From NCBI GenBank assembly GCA_947589195.1, contig CANPZX010000001.1:1-55010 (forward strand): a stretch of 55,010 bases of DNA. The letters are read 5' to 3'. This document shows positions 31,817 through 40,279 of the stretch, one piece after another. Position numbers and translations under genes: made by a program. The first letter of the stretch is position 1, and the number at the start of each line of letters is the position of its first letter. This DNA is from an uncultured Bacilli bacterium (GTDB taxonomy: Bacteria > Bacillota_I > Bacilli_A > RF39 > UBA660). Under the pieces are notes generated by a model that was given only the letters and a program-made list of their open reading frames with translations, was not told the DNA's origin and did no database searches.

Positions 31817-32545
31817 ATGATTGATACACATACACATATTTTATATGGCATTGATGATGGATCAAGATCATTAGAAGAAAGTATCAGTATGCTAAGAAAT
31901 CTGAGTGCTCTTGGTTTTACGAAAATAATAGCCACGCCTCATTATATTGAAAATAGTGAGTTTATCGCGGGAAATAAACAAAAAAAAGCTCTTTTAAAAG
32001 AATTAAAAGAGAAAATAAATGAAGAAAATATTCCTTTAGAACTTTATTTAGGTAATGAAATATTTATTCAAGATAATATAATCGAAAAAATATATAATCA
32101 AGAAATATATACATTAAATAATACAAGCTTTATGCTAATCGAATTACCCTTATTAACGAAATTTGATTTTACGGAAGATCTATTCTTTGAATTAAGAAAA
32201 AAAGGGGTTCAAATAGTTCTAGCCCATCCGGAACGTTATGTAATGTTTCAACAAAACTTAAAATTAGTTAATAGTTTTATTGAAATGGGCTGTTTATTAC
32301 AAGGTAATATTGATTGTTTAAGTGGGAAGTATGGCAAAGAAGCCAAGAAAACTTTTATTAAATTATTAGAAAAAAGAAAATATTTTGTATTAGCTAGTGA
32401 TATTCATCATGCTAAAACGGGATATTTTGAAAGATTTGCTAAATTAAAAAAAGAAGTTATAAAATTAACTAGTGAACAATATTTTAATGATTTAATGATT
32501 AATAATCCTGAAAAAATTTTAAATGATGAAATAGTTATTGATTAG
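31817..32545 (+). CDS. PHP-family protein-tyrosine phosphatase (CpsB/YwqE type)
   Basis: MIDTHTHILYGIDDG, ATPHY, LAHPERY, ASDIHH. Confidence 0.9.
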   Translation: MIDTHTHILYGIDDGSRSLEESISMLRNLSALGFTKIIATPHYIENSEFIAGNKQKKALLKELKEKINEENIPLELYLGNEIFIQDNIIEKIYNQEIYTLNNTSFMLIELPLLTKFDFTEDLFFELRKKGVQIVLAHPERYVMFQQNLKLVNSFIEMGCLLQGNIDCLSGKYGKEAKKTFIKLLEKRKYFVLASDIHHAKTGYFERFAKLKKEVIKLTSEQYFNDLMINNPEKILNDEIVID

Positions 32546-32578
32546 AATGTTTAAAGTTGATTCTTTGAACATTTTTTT
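32546..32578 (+). terminator. Rho-independent terminator after cpsB
   Basis: AATGTTTAAAG-ttgattc-CTTTGAACATT (one mismatch) followed by T7. Confidence 0.65.
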
Positions 32579-32620
32579 AATTTTAAAATTATATATGATA
32601 TAAAAATAAAATATAAAAGT

Positions 32621-32655
32621 AAAGACTTTTGACAAAAGAAGTCTTTATTTTTTTT
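32621..32655 (+). terminator. Second terminator in the cpsB-adhesin spacer
   Basis: AAAGACTT-n10-AAGTCTTT followed by A and T8. Confidence 0.7.
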
Positions 32656-32743
32656 AGCTCTAAAAACTTTTTATATTTTTTTTCATTTTTTTGTTAAAAA
32701 AAAAAGGAAAATACAGATTTGCGGGTAATAATTATATTAGGAG

Positions 32744-35164
32744 ATGAAAAATATGAAAAAAAATTTGTTGTTAGTTGTAAGTAGTATTTTATTAGTAGTT
32801 TGTAGTTTTTTAGGAGGTGCTCTAGTTGTCTCGGCTAGTGAGACTGCTAAATTTACGGAGTCTTTTATTGGCCAGTACCATTATGTTGATACTAAAGGTA
32901 AATATGGTGATTTTCAACATTTTACTAGAGTAAGTGATGGGATGATTGCTTATTGTATTGAACCAGGAGTTCCACCTACAAGTAGTAGTTATGAAGGTTT
33001 TTCCGATTTATCTTTAGAAGAAATGGCTCTTAAAGTGGGGTTAAGTAGTGAAACTTTAGAAAAGGTGAGTTTAATAGCTTACTTTGGCTATGGTTATCAA
33101 GACCATTTAAGTGATGAATGGATTGTCGCGACTCAAAGTTTGATTTGGCAAGAAACGGGGCGGAGTTTTTCGTTTACTAGTAAAAATAATCGGGAAGATC
33201 CTGATAAATATAAAATTAGTACGCCAAAGACTATAAAAAGTAAGATGGAAGAGATTACTTCTTTAGTTAATGATTTTATAAAAAAACCAATTTTACCAAC
33301 AGAAGAAGTAAAATTATGGCAAGGCGAGTCTCATTATTTCCAAGATAGTGCCTTAAAAAATTATCAAATAAAAAATAAAGTAAATTGTACAGCTAGTTTA
33401 AATGGTGATAATTTATTCTTTACCACGGAAGGAAATGAAAGTGGCAAAATTGTCTTAGAAAGAAAATATACCGCTTGGAATGGCAGTTTTATCGTCTATC
33501 ATCATCAAACTGGTCAAGATATGATTGTTCCTGGCAAAGGTATTATGGACGAAATAGAATATAATTATACCTTAGTTAAAGGTAAAGTAATTATTAATAA
33601 AAAAGATGGTAATACTAAGAGTTGTACCCCTGAATTAAAAGATACCGTTTATCGGTTATATGATGCTTATACGGAAGAATATAAAACCGATATTTATGTT
33701 AATGAAAATTGTCAAGCTATTTTTGGGTATATATTTCAAAAAGGAAAATATTACATTCAAGAATATAAAGCTCGTCCAGGGTATAAATTAGATGATACTA
33801 AATATTATTTTGATATTAATGATGAAATAACGGAAGTATCATTTGATTTAGAGAATCAAAGATTACTAGGTCAAATTAAAATAACTAAGTTGGATAAAGA
33901 TAGTAAAACTTGTCAAAGTCCTAATCATACTAGTTTAACTAATGCCGTATATGGAATATATAAAACAACCGGGGAGTTAGTCGATCAACTTATCACTAAT
34001 GATAATTGCGAGGCCCTATCTTTAAGAAACTTAGAAATGGGAGATTATTATTTAGAAGAAATCACGGCTCCGTTAGGTTATCAAAAAGATTTAGAAAAAC
34101 ATTATTTTAGTATTACCTTAGATAATGTTGAAGACATAATAGAAATACCTTTACAAGATGAAGTAATTAAAACTGAATTAATTATCAATAAAACATATTT
34201 AGTAAATAATGAATTAAAACCCGAAATCGGGGCCGTATTTGCCATATATGATGAAATAACTAATAACTTAGTTGCTACTCTTACCATTGATGAAAGTGCC
34301 CAAGCTAATGTTGTACTTACATATGGTACATATATTTTAAAACAAGTAAGTGGCCAACCAGGTTATGAAAAATCTAAAGATTTAAGAATTATCGTCGATG
34401 AAAATACTAAGATAAAAACTTATATTACTTTATTAAATCAAGAATTTAAAGTTCGGTTAAAAGTTAAAAAAGTAGATGAATTAGGGAATCTTTTAAATAT
34501 TCCCAATATAAAATTTAAAATTTATGATTTAATAAATGAAAAGTATGTATGTCAAAAAATAACTTATCCAGAAGTTAAAGAAATATGTGAATTTAGTACT
34601 TTAGAAAATGGAACATTTATAACCCCGATGGGCTTAAAACCATCTAAATACTTACTAGAAGAAGTAAGTGATACTAATCCCGGTTATATTTGGAATAAAG
34701 ATGGTTTAGAGTTCGAAATAAATCCCGATTTAAGTTATCAAACGGATCCTGATTTAGGATTAATACTAGAATTAGATTTTGTTAATGAAAAAATGAATGG
34801 CAAATTAGAGTTTTATAAATTAGATAAAGAAACTAAAAAACCTTTATCAGGAGCGATAATTGATATTTTTAGAGAAGATGGTAGTTTATATAAATCTTTA
34901 ACAACTGATGAAAATGGCCGAATATATTTAGAAGATTTAGAATATGGTAAATATTATTTAGAAGAACATTTAGCCCCTAATGGTTATACTTTATATGAAG
35001 AAAAAATGTGGTTTGAAATTGTCAATAATGATGTTATTGAATTAATTATGGAAGATGAAATAATTGATATTCCTAATACTTATTTAAATGAAATTGATTA
35101 TTTTAGTATCTTTAATATCATAACTATTTTAGGTTTAATAATTTATGAAAAAAAATATTGTTAG
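32744..35164 (+). CDS. Cell-surface adhesin: signal peptide, thioester (TQXA-type) domain, multiple Cna-B/SpaA-fold domains, C-terminal sorting-like signal
   Basis: Signal peptide ...VVSASE. Thioester pair candidates AYCIEPGVPP (Cys71) and VATQSLIWQ (Gln131). Repeated modules of the type GKLEFYKLDKETKKPLSGA...GKYYLEEHLAPNGYTL. Tail IPNTY + FSIFNIITILGLIIY + EKKYC. Confidence 0.85.
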   Translation: MKNMKKNLLLVVSSILLVVCSFLGGALVVSASETAKFTESFIGQYHYVDTKGKYGDFQHFTRVSDGMIAYCIEPGVPPTSSSYEGFSDLSLEEMALKVGLSSETLEKVSLIAYFGYGYQDHLSDEWIVATQSLIWQETGRSFSFTSKNNREDPDKYKISTPKTIKSKMEEITSLVNDFIKKPILPTEEVKLWQGESHYFQDSALKNYQIKNKVNCTASLNGDNLFFTTEGNESGKIVLERKYTAWNGSFIVYHHQTGQDMIVPGKGIMDEIEYNYTLVKGKVIINKKDGNTKSCTPELKDTVYRLYDAYTEEYKTDIYVNENCQAIFGYIFQKGKYYIQEYKARPGYKLDDTKYYFDINDEITEVSFDLENQRLLGQIKITKLDKDSKTCQSPNHTSLTNAVYGIYKTTGELVDQLITNDNCEALSLRNLEMGDYYLEEITAPLGYQKDLEKHYFSITLDNVEDIIEIPLQDEVIKTELIINKTYLVNNELKPEIGAVFAIYDEITNNLVATLTIDESAQANVVLTYGTYILKQVSGQPGYEKSKDLRIIVDENTKIKTYITLLNQEFKVRLKVKKVDELGNLLNIPNIKFKIYDLINEKYVCQKITYPEVKEICEFSTLENGTFITPMGLKPSKYLLEEVSDTNPGYIWNKDGLEFEINPDLSYQTDPDLGLILELDFVNEKMNGKLEFYKLDKETKKPLSGAIIDIFREDGSLYKSLTTDENGRIYLEDLEYGKYYLEEHLAPNGYTLYEEKMWFEIVNNDVIELIMEDEIIDIPNTYLNEIDYFSIFNIITILGLIIYEKKYC

Positions 35165-35666
35165 AATTATTATTTTAATCTTAATTATACTTACTTATTT
35201 AAAACCATTAAAAGCTGAAACTTTCGAAGAAAATATAACATCGGCTTTATTAACTAAAGAAGTAAGCTCTGATATTAATATGTATCAAAAAATATTAGAA
35301 ATACCTAAAATTAAATTAAAGAAAGGTTTTTATGCAATAAATAGTCCTTTTAATCAAGTAAAATATGGCATTGAAGTAATTAAAGATGACCCTAATTTAC
35401 TCATTTTAGCCAGTCATAGTGGTAATGCGAAAATATCTTATTTTAAAAATTTAAATAAATTAGAAAATAATGATGAAGTAATTATAAGTAGTCCTGCTAC
35501 GAAAGAATATTATAAAATAGTTTACCATTATGAAATAAATAAAAATGGTCAATTTAAAGTTTTAAATGATGGCTTAGATAAAAAGATAATATTAATAACT
35601 TGTTCGAAAGAAGATAAAACTAAACAAATAGTTTATGTGGGAAAATACGAAAAAAAAGAAGTCTAA
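35145..35666 (+). CDS. Sortase-family transpeptidase, translationally coupled to the adhesin
   Basis: N-terminal anchor, LEIPKIKLK, His block LILASHSGN, Cys block IILITCSK. Start overlaps the adhesin's 3' end by 20 nt. Confidence 0.8.
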   Translation: MKKNIVRIIILILIILTYLKPLKAETFEENITSALLTKEVSSDINMYQKILEIPKIKLKKGFYAINSPFNQVKYGIEVIKDDPNLLILASHSGNAKISYFKNLNKLENNDEVIISSPATKEYYKIVYHYEINKNGQFKVLNDGLDKKIILITCSKEDKTKQIVYVGKYEKKEV

Positions 35667-36664
35667 ATCCAGACTCCATAAGTAATCGCGGCCATTGCTA
35701 AAAGAAAACCAACAACCCAGAATAATTTAACAATATCGGTTTCGACCCAGCCAAGTTGTTCAAAGTGATGGTGAAGGGGAGCCATTTTAAAGACTTTTTT
35801 ATGAAACTTCCGAATCGCAATTATTTGAATTAAACTCGATAAAGTTTCAATAACAAATACACCCCCAACTAAAACTAAAGAAAGTTCGTGTCTGGTGATT
35901 ATCGCCACCGTTGCTAAGGCTCCACCTAATGCTAGAGAACCTAAATCGCCCATAAATATCTTGGCCGGATGCGAATTATAAATTAAGAATCCCATTAAAC
36001 TACCTACTAAAAGGAAACAGAAAATAGCAACTTCTTCATAACCTTCCATCCATCCGGTATTCCAAGCAATAATGCCAAAAGCGATAAAAGCTATTGCTGA
36101 TAATCCGCCAGCTAAGCCATCTAATCCATCCGTAATATTTACTGCATTACTAGTACCCACTAAAACACAAAGAATAAAGATACCAAATAACCAACCCATA
36201 TTAATATTAATATTTAAAGATGTAATCCATAAAACAGGTTCGCCACCATTTTTCATAAATACATAAAAGAATACGAGGGCAATTAACATTTGTAATAAAA
36301 ACTTTGTTGTAATAGATAAACCTTTATTGTTATGATAACGAACTTTTAAAAAGTCATCAATAAAACCAAGCCCGGCATAAGCAATAAAAACAAAAACTAA
36401 AATAAATAAATTATGATTTAGGGTAATACTTCCCCGGAAATAAAGAAGTAATAAACTTATTAAAACGGGAATGATAAAGATAAATCCTCCCATCGTCGGA
36501 GTGCCATCTTTTTTAATATGTCTTTCTCCTACCGTATGGCTGACGCTTTGTCTAATATGTAATTTTTTAATAAATGGGATAAAGAAAAAGCCTAAAATAA
36601 GAGAAATTACAAACCCGAGCATCATGGCCATTGCCGCTTTTGCTAATATTAACATCGTCTTCAC
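35663..36664 (-). CDS. mraY: Phospho-N-acetylmuramoyl-pentapeptide transferase MraY
   Basis: GTPTMGG, DDF.KV, NAVNITDGLDGLA, MGD.GSLALGG, APLHHHFE. Confidence 0.95.
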   Translation of the reverse strand: MKTMLILAKAAMAMMLGFVISLILGFFFIPFIKKLHIRQSVSHTVGERHIKKDGTPTMGGFIFIIPVLISLLLLYFRGSITLNHNLFILVFVFIAYAGLGFIDDFLKVRYHNNKGLSITTKFLLQMLIALVFFYVFMKNGGEPVLWITSLNININMGWLFGIFILCVLVGTSNAVNITDGLDGLAGGLSAIAFIAFGIIAWNTGWMEGYEEVAIFCFLLVGSLMGFLIYNSHPAKIFMGDLGSLALGGALATVAIITRHELSLVLVGGVFVIETLSSLIQIIAIRKFHKKVFKMAPLHHHFEQLGWVETDIVKLFWVVGFLLAMAAITYGVWI

Positions 36665-36728
36665 CTCAATTAATTTAAATTATACTCTTTTTTAGATAGA
36701 TAAATAAAGATTTACAAATAATTTTACA

Positions 36729-38636
36729 TTAGTTAGACAGCATCAAAGCTATTTTTCCACCTTCCTCGGCATAATATCCTCCCTCAGGGCTTTGATATAT
36801 TACTTTATTTCCAGTTCCAGAGAAATTTAATTTGAATCCTTTTAAAGTTTTTTTAGCTTCATCAACACTCATTCCGACAACATCGGGAAGCATCACATAT
36901 TTTTTATCAAGCCAAGTATATTCCCGCGGTGTAGCTTCTTTACTTTTAGGGATATCATAAATATCGATGGCTGAGGTAAAAATCCGTTTTACAATCGGTG
37001 CCGAAACTGTCCCACCATATTGGACAACCCCTTTCGGGTTATCAACCGCGGCATAAACTACTAAACTAGGGTCATCCGCGGGCATAAAACCAATAAAAGA
37101 TAAAATATAATTTCCCACCATATATCGGCCATCTTTTACTTTTTGGGCGGTTCCTGTTTTGCCTCCAATACGATAATTTTCGATATAGGCATTTTTTCCC
37201 GTTCCTTTGGCCACCACACTTTCTAAAGCAAATCTGACCATTTTACTTGTATCTTCGCTAATAACTCTTGTACCTTCATCCGGATTAAATAATTTTATGA
37301 CACTATTAGTTTCGGGTTCAGTCATTTTGGAAACAATATAAGGAGTATGTAAAATCCCTCCATTAACAACAGCCGAGACTGCTCTTACTTGTTGAATAGG
37401 TGTTACACTAATTCCTTGACCAAAACTAGTTGTCGCTAGTTCTACTGGTCCCATTTTATCAATATTAAATAAAATCCCATTTGCTTCACCATTTAAATCA
37501 ATTCCCGTTTTTTTTCCAAAACCAAAGTTATTTATATATTTCATTAAAGTTTCTTTTCCTAGTTTTTGACCCATCACGACAAATCCGGGATTACAGGAAT
37601 TTTCGACAACTTGTAAGAATGTCTCAGCTCCATGTCCTCCTGCTTTCCAACATTTAATTCTTGCTCCTTCAACGTTAATTGAACCACCATCATAATAATT
37701 ATCTTCAAATAAATTAATGGTTTGTTCTTGTAAAGAAGCGGCTAGGGTAATTATTTTAAAAGTCGACCCTGGTTCATAAGTCATCCAAATAGGTAAGTTG
37801 CGATTTATTACTTCAATACTAGACGTTTGATAAGTATTAGGATTAAAATTCGGCCGACTAGCCATCGCTAGAATTTCTCCTGTTTTTGGATTCATGGCTA
37901 AAATAAGGGCCTGGTCAGGATTATATTTGCTAATGACATTATCAAGTTCATTTTCAATTGCCAGTTGTAAATCAATATCGATAGTTAAATCAATATTAAT
38001 TCCATTTTGGGGTTCTTCATAAACTTCGGATAATTGCAGACGATTGCCTTTACCATCCGAAAAATATTTTATCGCCCCATTAACTCCCGTTAAATAATCA
38101 TCATACATAAGTTCAATTCCTGATAACCCTTGATTATCAATTCCTACATATCCTAAAACGTGGGATAAAACATTATTATAAGGGTAATATCTTTTGCTTT
38201 CTTTAACTAAATAAACTCCATCATAATTTAAATTATTAATTTTCTCAGCAATTTCATAGGATAACTGTCTTCCTTCGGGATGAACTCTTTCAATAGAAGT
38301 TTTCTTACTAATATGCCGATATATTTCTTCATATGGTGTATCTAAAATTTCTGCTAATTTTGTTGCAACTTCTTCTTTATTTTTAATTTGATTAGGGATT
38401 ACCACGAGCGAAGTAGTAGTAATATTAGTTGCTAAAACTTTTCCATTTCTATCTCTTATTTCACCTCGATCAGCCGTGATAGGTAATTCCCTGCTCCATA
38501 AAGAAGTAGCCAGATTAGCTAGTTTATCATATTGAAAAATTTGAATAAAAAATACTTTAAAAATAATTAAAATAAGTAAAACTAAAACGCCAACTAACAC
38601 TAATCTAATTCTAATATGAATATGATTAAAAAACAT
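36729..38636 (-). CDS. Class B penicillin-binding protein (SpoVD/PBP2B-like) with C-terminal PASTA domain
   Basis: N-terminal TM, dimerisation domain, SxxK GSTFKI, SxN ENSCN, KTGTA, PASTA segment MLPDVVGMSVDEAKKTL. Confidence 0.9.
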   Translation of the reverse strand: MFFNHIHIRIRLVLVGVLVLLILIIFKVFFIQIFQYDKLANLATSLWSRELPITADRGEIRDRNGKVLATNITTTSLVVIPNQIKNKEEVATKLAEILDTPYEEIYRHISKKTSIERVHPEGRQLSYEIAEKINNLNYDGVYLVKESKRYYPYNNVLSHVLGYVGIDNQGLSGIELMYDDYLTGVNGAIKYFSDGKGNRLQLSEVYEEPQNGINIDLTIDIDLQLAIENELDNVISKYNPDQALILAMNPKTGEILAMASRPNFNPNTYQTSSIEVINRNLPIWMTYEPGSTFKIITLAASLQEQTINLFEDNYYDGGSINVEGARIKCWKAGGHGAETFLQVVENSCNPGFVVMGQKLGKETLMKYINNFGFGKKTGIDLNGEANGILFNIDKMGPVELATTSFGQGISVTPIQQVRAVSAVVNGGILHTPYIVSKMTEPETNSVIKLFNPDEGTRVISEDTSKMVRFALESVVAKGTGKNAYIENYRIGGKTGTAQKVKDGRYMVGNYILSFIGFMPADDPSLVVYAAVDNPKGVVQYGGTVSAPIVKRIFTSAIDIYDIPKSKEATPREYTWLDKKYVMLPDVVGMSVDEAKKTLKGFKLNFSGTGNKVIYQSPEGGYYAEEGGKIALMLSN

Positions 38637-38678
38637 ACTATCAGCTTCTTTCTTTTATGAACGGCAAAGAGGTAAATA

Positions 38679-39566
38679 TTAATCTATAATTGCAAGTACG
38701 TATTTTATTAGACTGTTCTTTATCATTTCATCTTCTAATTTATTAATTGAAAAAGTTTTACTTCCTGCATAATTAAGAGATGATCCACAATGATAAACTG
38801 CTTTTCGATCTAATATAATATATCTATCATGAAAATAATTATTATAAACAATCTTTAAATTATTATATTGCTCTTGGTATTTATTTATATCTATTTCTTT
38901 TAATAAACCATTATTTTTACAAATTATAGTTACGTTAACTTTTAAATTTCTTATCATATCTAAAACATTTTTATCGGCATAATTATCAATAATAATTATG
39001 TTGTCATAGGCTCCTTTTAAAATATCAACTATTTTTGAATAAGCATCATAAATTTGGCCATTAAAATAAATTTCATTATCTTTTTTCTTTTCTTCAAATT
39101 TAATAAAAGATTCTTGCAATAATTTGATATCTTCATCGTGTTTTATTACTAAATTATTAATATATTTTTGTTCAATTAATTCATTAGAAATATATTTTCG
39201 CATTATTACAAAAGCATCCATAATTGCAATACTTACTTGGGTTGCAACATTAGATTTTAAAATAGTGGCAAGCATCGCTACACCTTGTTCTGTAAATACT
39301 TGAGGTAAAAATTTTGAATATTGTCCCCGTTTAAGTTCTAAGGTCGCATTTTGCGACCTTAGAATACCAATATATTCATTTTTACTTAATTTAAAGCAAA
39401 ATCTTGCTGGAAATTTTTGAGGATTTCTTTTTACTGCTTCATTAATTCTTTTTGTTTCTACTTCATAAAGTTTTGCTAAATCTGAGTCAAGCATTACTTG
39501 CTTTCCTCTTACTTCATAAATCATATTTTCTATTTTTACTTGTTTTGTTAGCATAACATCATTCAT
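38679..39566 (-). CDS. ORF6N-domain protein (KilA-N-related DNA-binding N-terminus) with uncharacterised C-terminal domain; intact copy 1
   Basis: IYEVRGKQVMLDSDLAKLYEVETKRINEAVKRNPQKFP..FCFKLS, FTEQGVAMLATILKS. C-terminal ...FHDRYIILDRKAVYHCGSSLNYAGSKTF. Confidence 0.8.
   Translation of the reverse strand: MNDVMLTKQVKIENMIYEVRGKQVMLDSDLAKLYEVETKRINEAVKRNPQKFPARFCFKLSKNEYIGILRSQNATLELKRGQYSKFLPQVFTEQGVAMLATILKSNVATQVSIAIMDAFVIMRKYISNELIEQKYINNLVIKHDEDIKLLQESFIKFEEKKKDNEIYFNGQIYDAYSKIVDILKGAYDNIIIIDNYADKNVLDMIRNLKVNVTIICKNNGLLKEIDINKYQEQYNNLKIVYNNYFHDRYIILDRKAVYHCGSSLNYAGSKTFSINKLEDEMIKNSLIKYVLAIID
39336..39364. repeat. Perfect intragenic palindrome in ORF6N copy 1 (13-bp arms, 3-nt centre)
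   Basis: TTCTAAGGTCGCA-ttt-TGCGACCTTAGAA, checked base by base. Encodes ILRSQNATLE near codon 72. Confidence 0.95.
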
Positions 39567-39630
39567 CTAAAATACCCCCTTACTTCGTTTATAACTAAAA
39601 TGTATCAAACCTGTTTTATCACTTTTACTA

Positions 39631-39810
39631 GAAATTATTTACGCATTATTACAAAAGTATTCATAATTACAATTCAGATTTTAAAACACTTGCAAGTATA
39701 GCTACACCTTGTTCTGTAAATACTTGAGAAAAGTATTTTCTATATGTTCATCTACCATTTTTCGGAGTTTTAAGGTCGAAATTTTCGACCTTAAAAAATT
39801 CTATTCATTA
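39631..39810 (-). pseudogene. ORF6N copy 2: internal fragment only, heavily decayed
   Basis: Aligns by eye to 39197-39390 of copy 1 (..cgcattattacaaaag..gctacaccttgttctgtaaatacttgag..) with an ~18-nt deletion and many substitutions. No start codon and no N- or C-terminal domains. Confidence 0.6.
39768..39796. repeat. Perfect palindrome in ORF6N fragment copy 2 (14-bp arms, 1-nt centre)
   Basis: TTTTAAGGTCGAAA-t-TTTCGACCTTAAAA. Relative to copy 1, the inner CA..TG pair has become AA..TT, a symmetric change that preserves pairing. Confidence 0.95.
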
Positions 39811-39843
39811 TCGATCAATAACCAAGAAAAATTTTTAACAAAC

Positions 39844-40208
39844 TTTTGCATCATTACAAAAGTGTGTATAATACTAGTACTTACTTTCAAGGCAACCGAA
39901 GTTCTTAAAATACTTGCAAGCATCGCAACTACTTACTCGGTAAAAACATATGGATTTTTTCTAATTCCACCATGCTTTGAAGTTTCAAATTGAAACTTCA
40001 AGTTTTTATATTCTTCGTTAGTTAATTGAAAATAAAAATCTTCAGGAAACCTATCAATATTTCTTTTTACTGATTGATTAATCGTCTTAGTTCCATTTAC
40101 ACATTCATAAAGTTGGGCTAAATCAGAATTGAGCATTACTTGCTTTCCTCTTACTTCGTAAATCATATTTTTAATCTTTTCTTCTTCAATTAATGCCATT
40201 GCATTCAT
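39844..40208 (-). pseudogene. ORF6N copy 3: N-terminal domain plus stub, nonsense-interrupted and 3'-truncated
   Basis: MNAMALIEEEKIKNMIYEVRGKQVMLNSDLAQLYE...YVFTE-TAA-VVAMLASILRTSVALKVS... TAA sits where copy 1 has CAA (Gln). The C-terminal domain is absent. The 5' leader (catct(t)aaaataccccc..ttcgtttataa) is duplicated from copy 1. Confidence 0.7.
39977..40001. repeat. Perfect palindrome in ORF6N copy 3 (12-bp arms, 1-nt centre)
   Basis: TTGAAGTTTCAA-a-TTGAAACTTCAA. Encodes LKFQFETS near codon 73. The sequence is unrelated to the copy 1 palindrome but sits at the same position. Confidence 0.95.
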
Positions 40209-40279
40209 CTTAAAATACCCCCCTTATTTCGTTTATAAATAAAATTTATCAAACAAATGTTCTCTTGTCAATATATATT

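Noticed and set aside
32696-32705. A10 tract upstream of the adhesin gene as a possible phase-variable promoter spacer
   Set aside because: Long A/T runs are common background in this AT-rich DNA. I could not place convincing -35/-10 boxes around it, unlike the G10 tracts, which are compositional outliers inside reading frames.
35663-35666. 4-bp convergent overlap of the sortase and mraY stop codons as a regulatory feature
   Set aside because: Overlapping convergent stops (CTAA) arise easily in compact genomes. I saw no associated structure, so it is noted only as evidence of tight packing.
39709-39993. 94-aa plus-strand ORF in the ftsW-PBP spacer
   Set aside because: It runs antisense across the decayed ORF6N copies 2 and 3 and has no RBS. 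The region is better explained as minus-strand pseudogene remnants.
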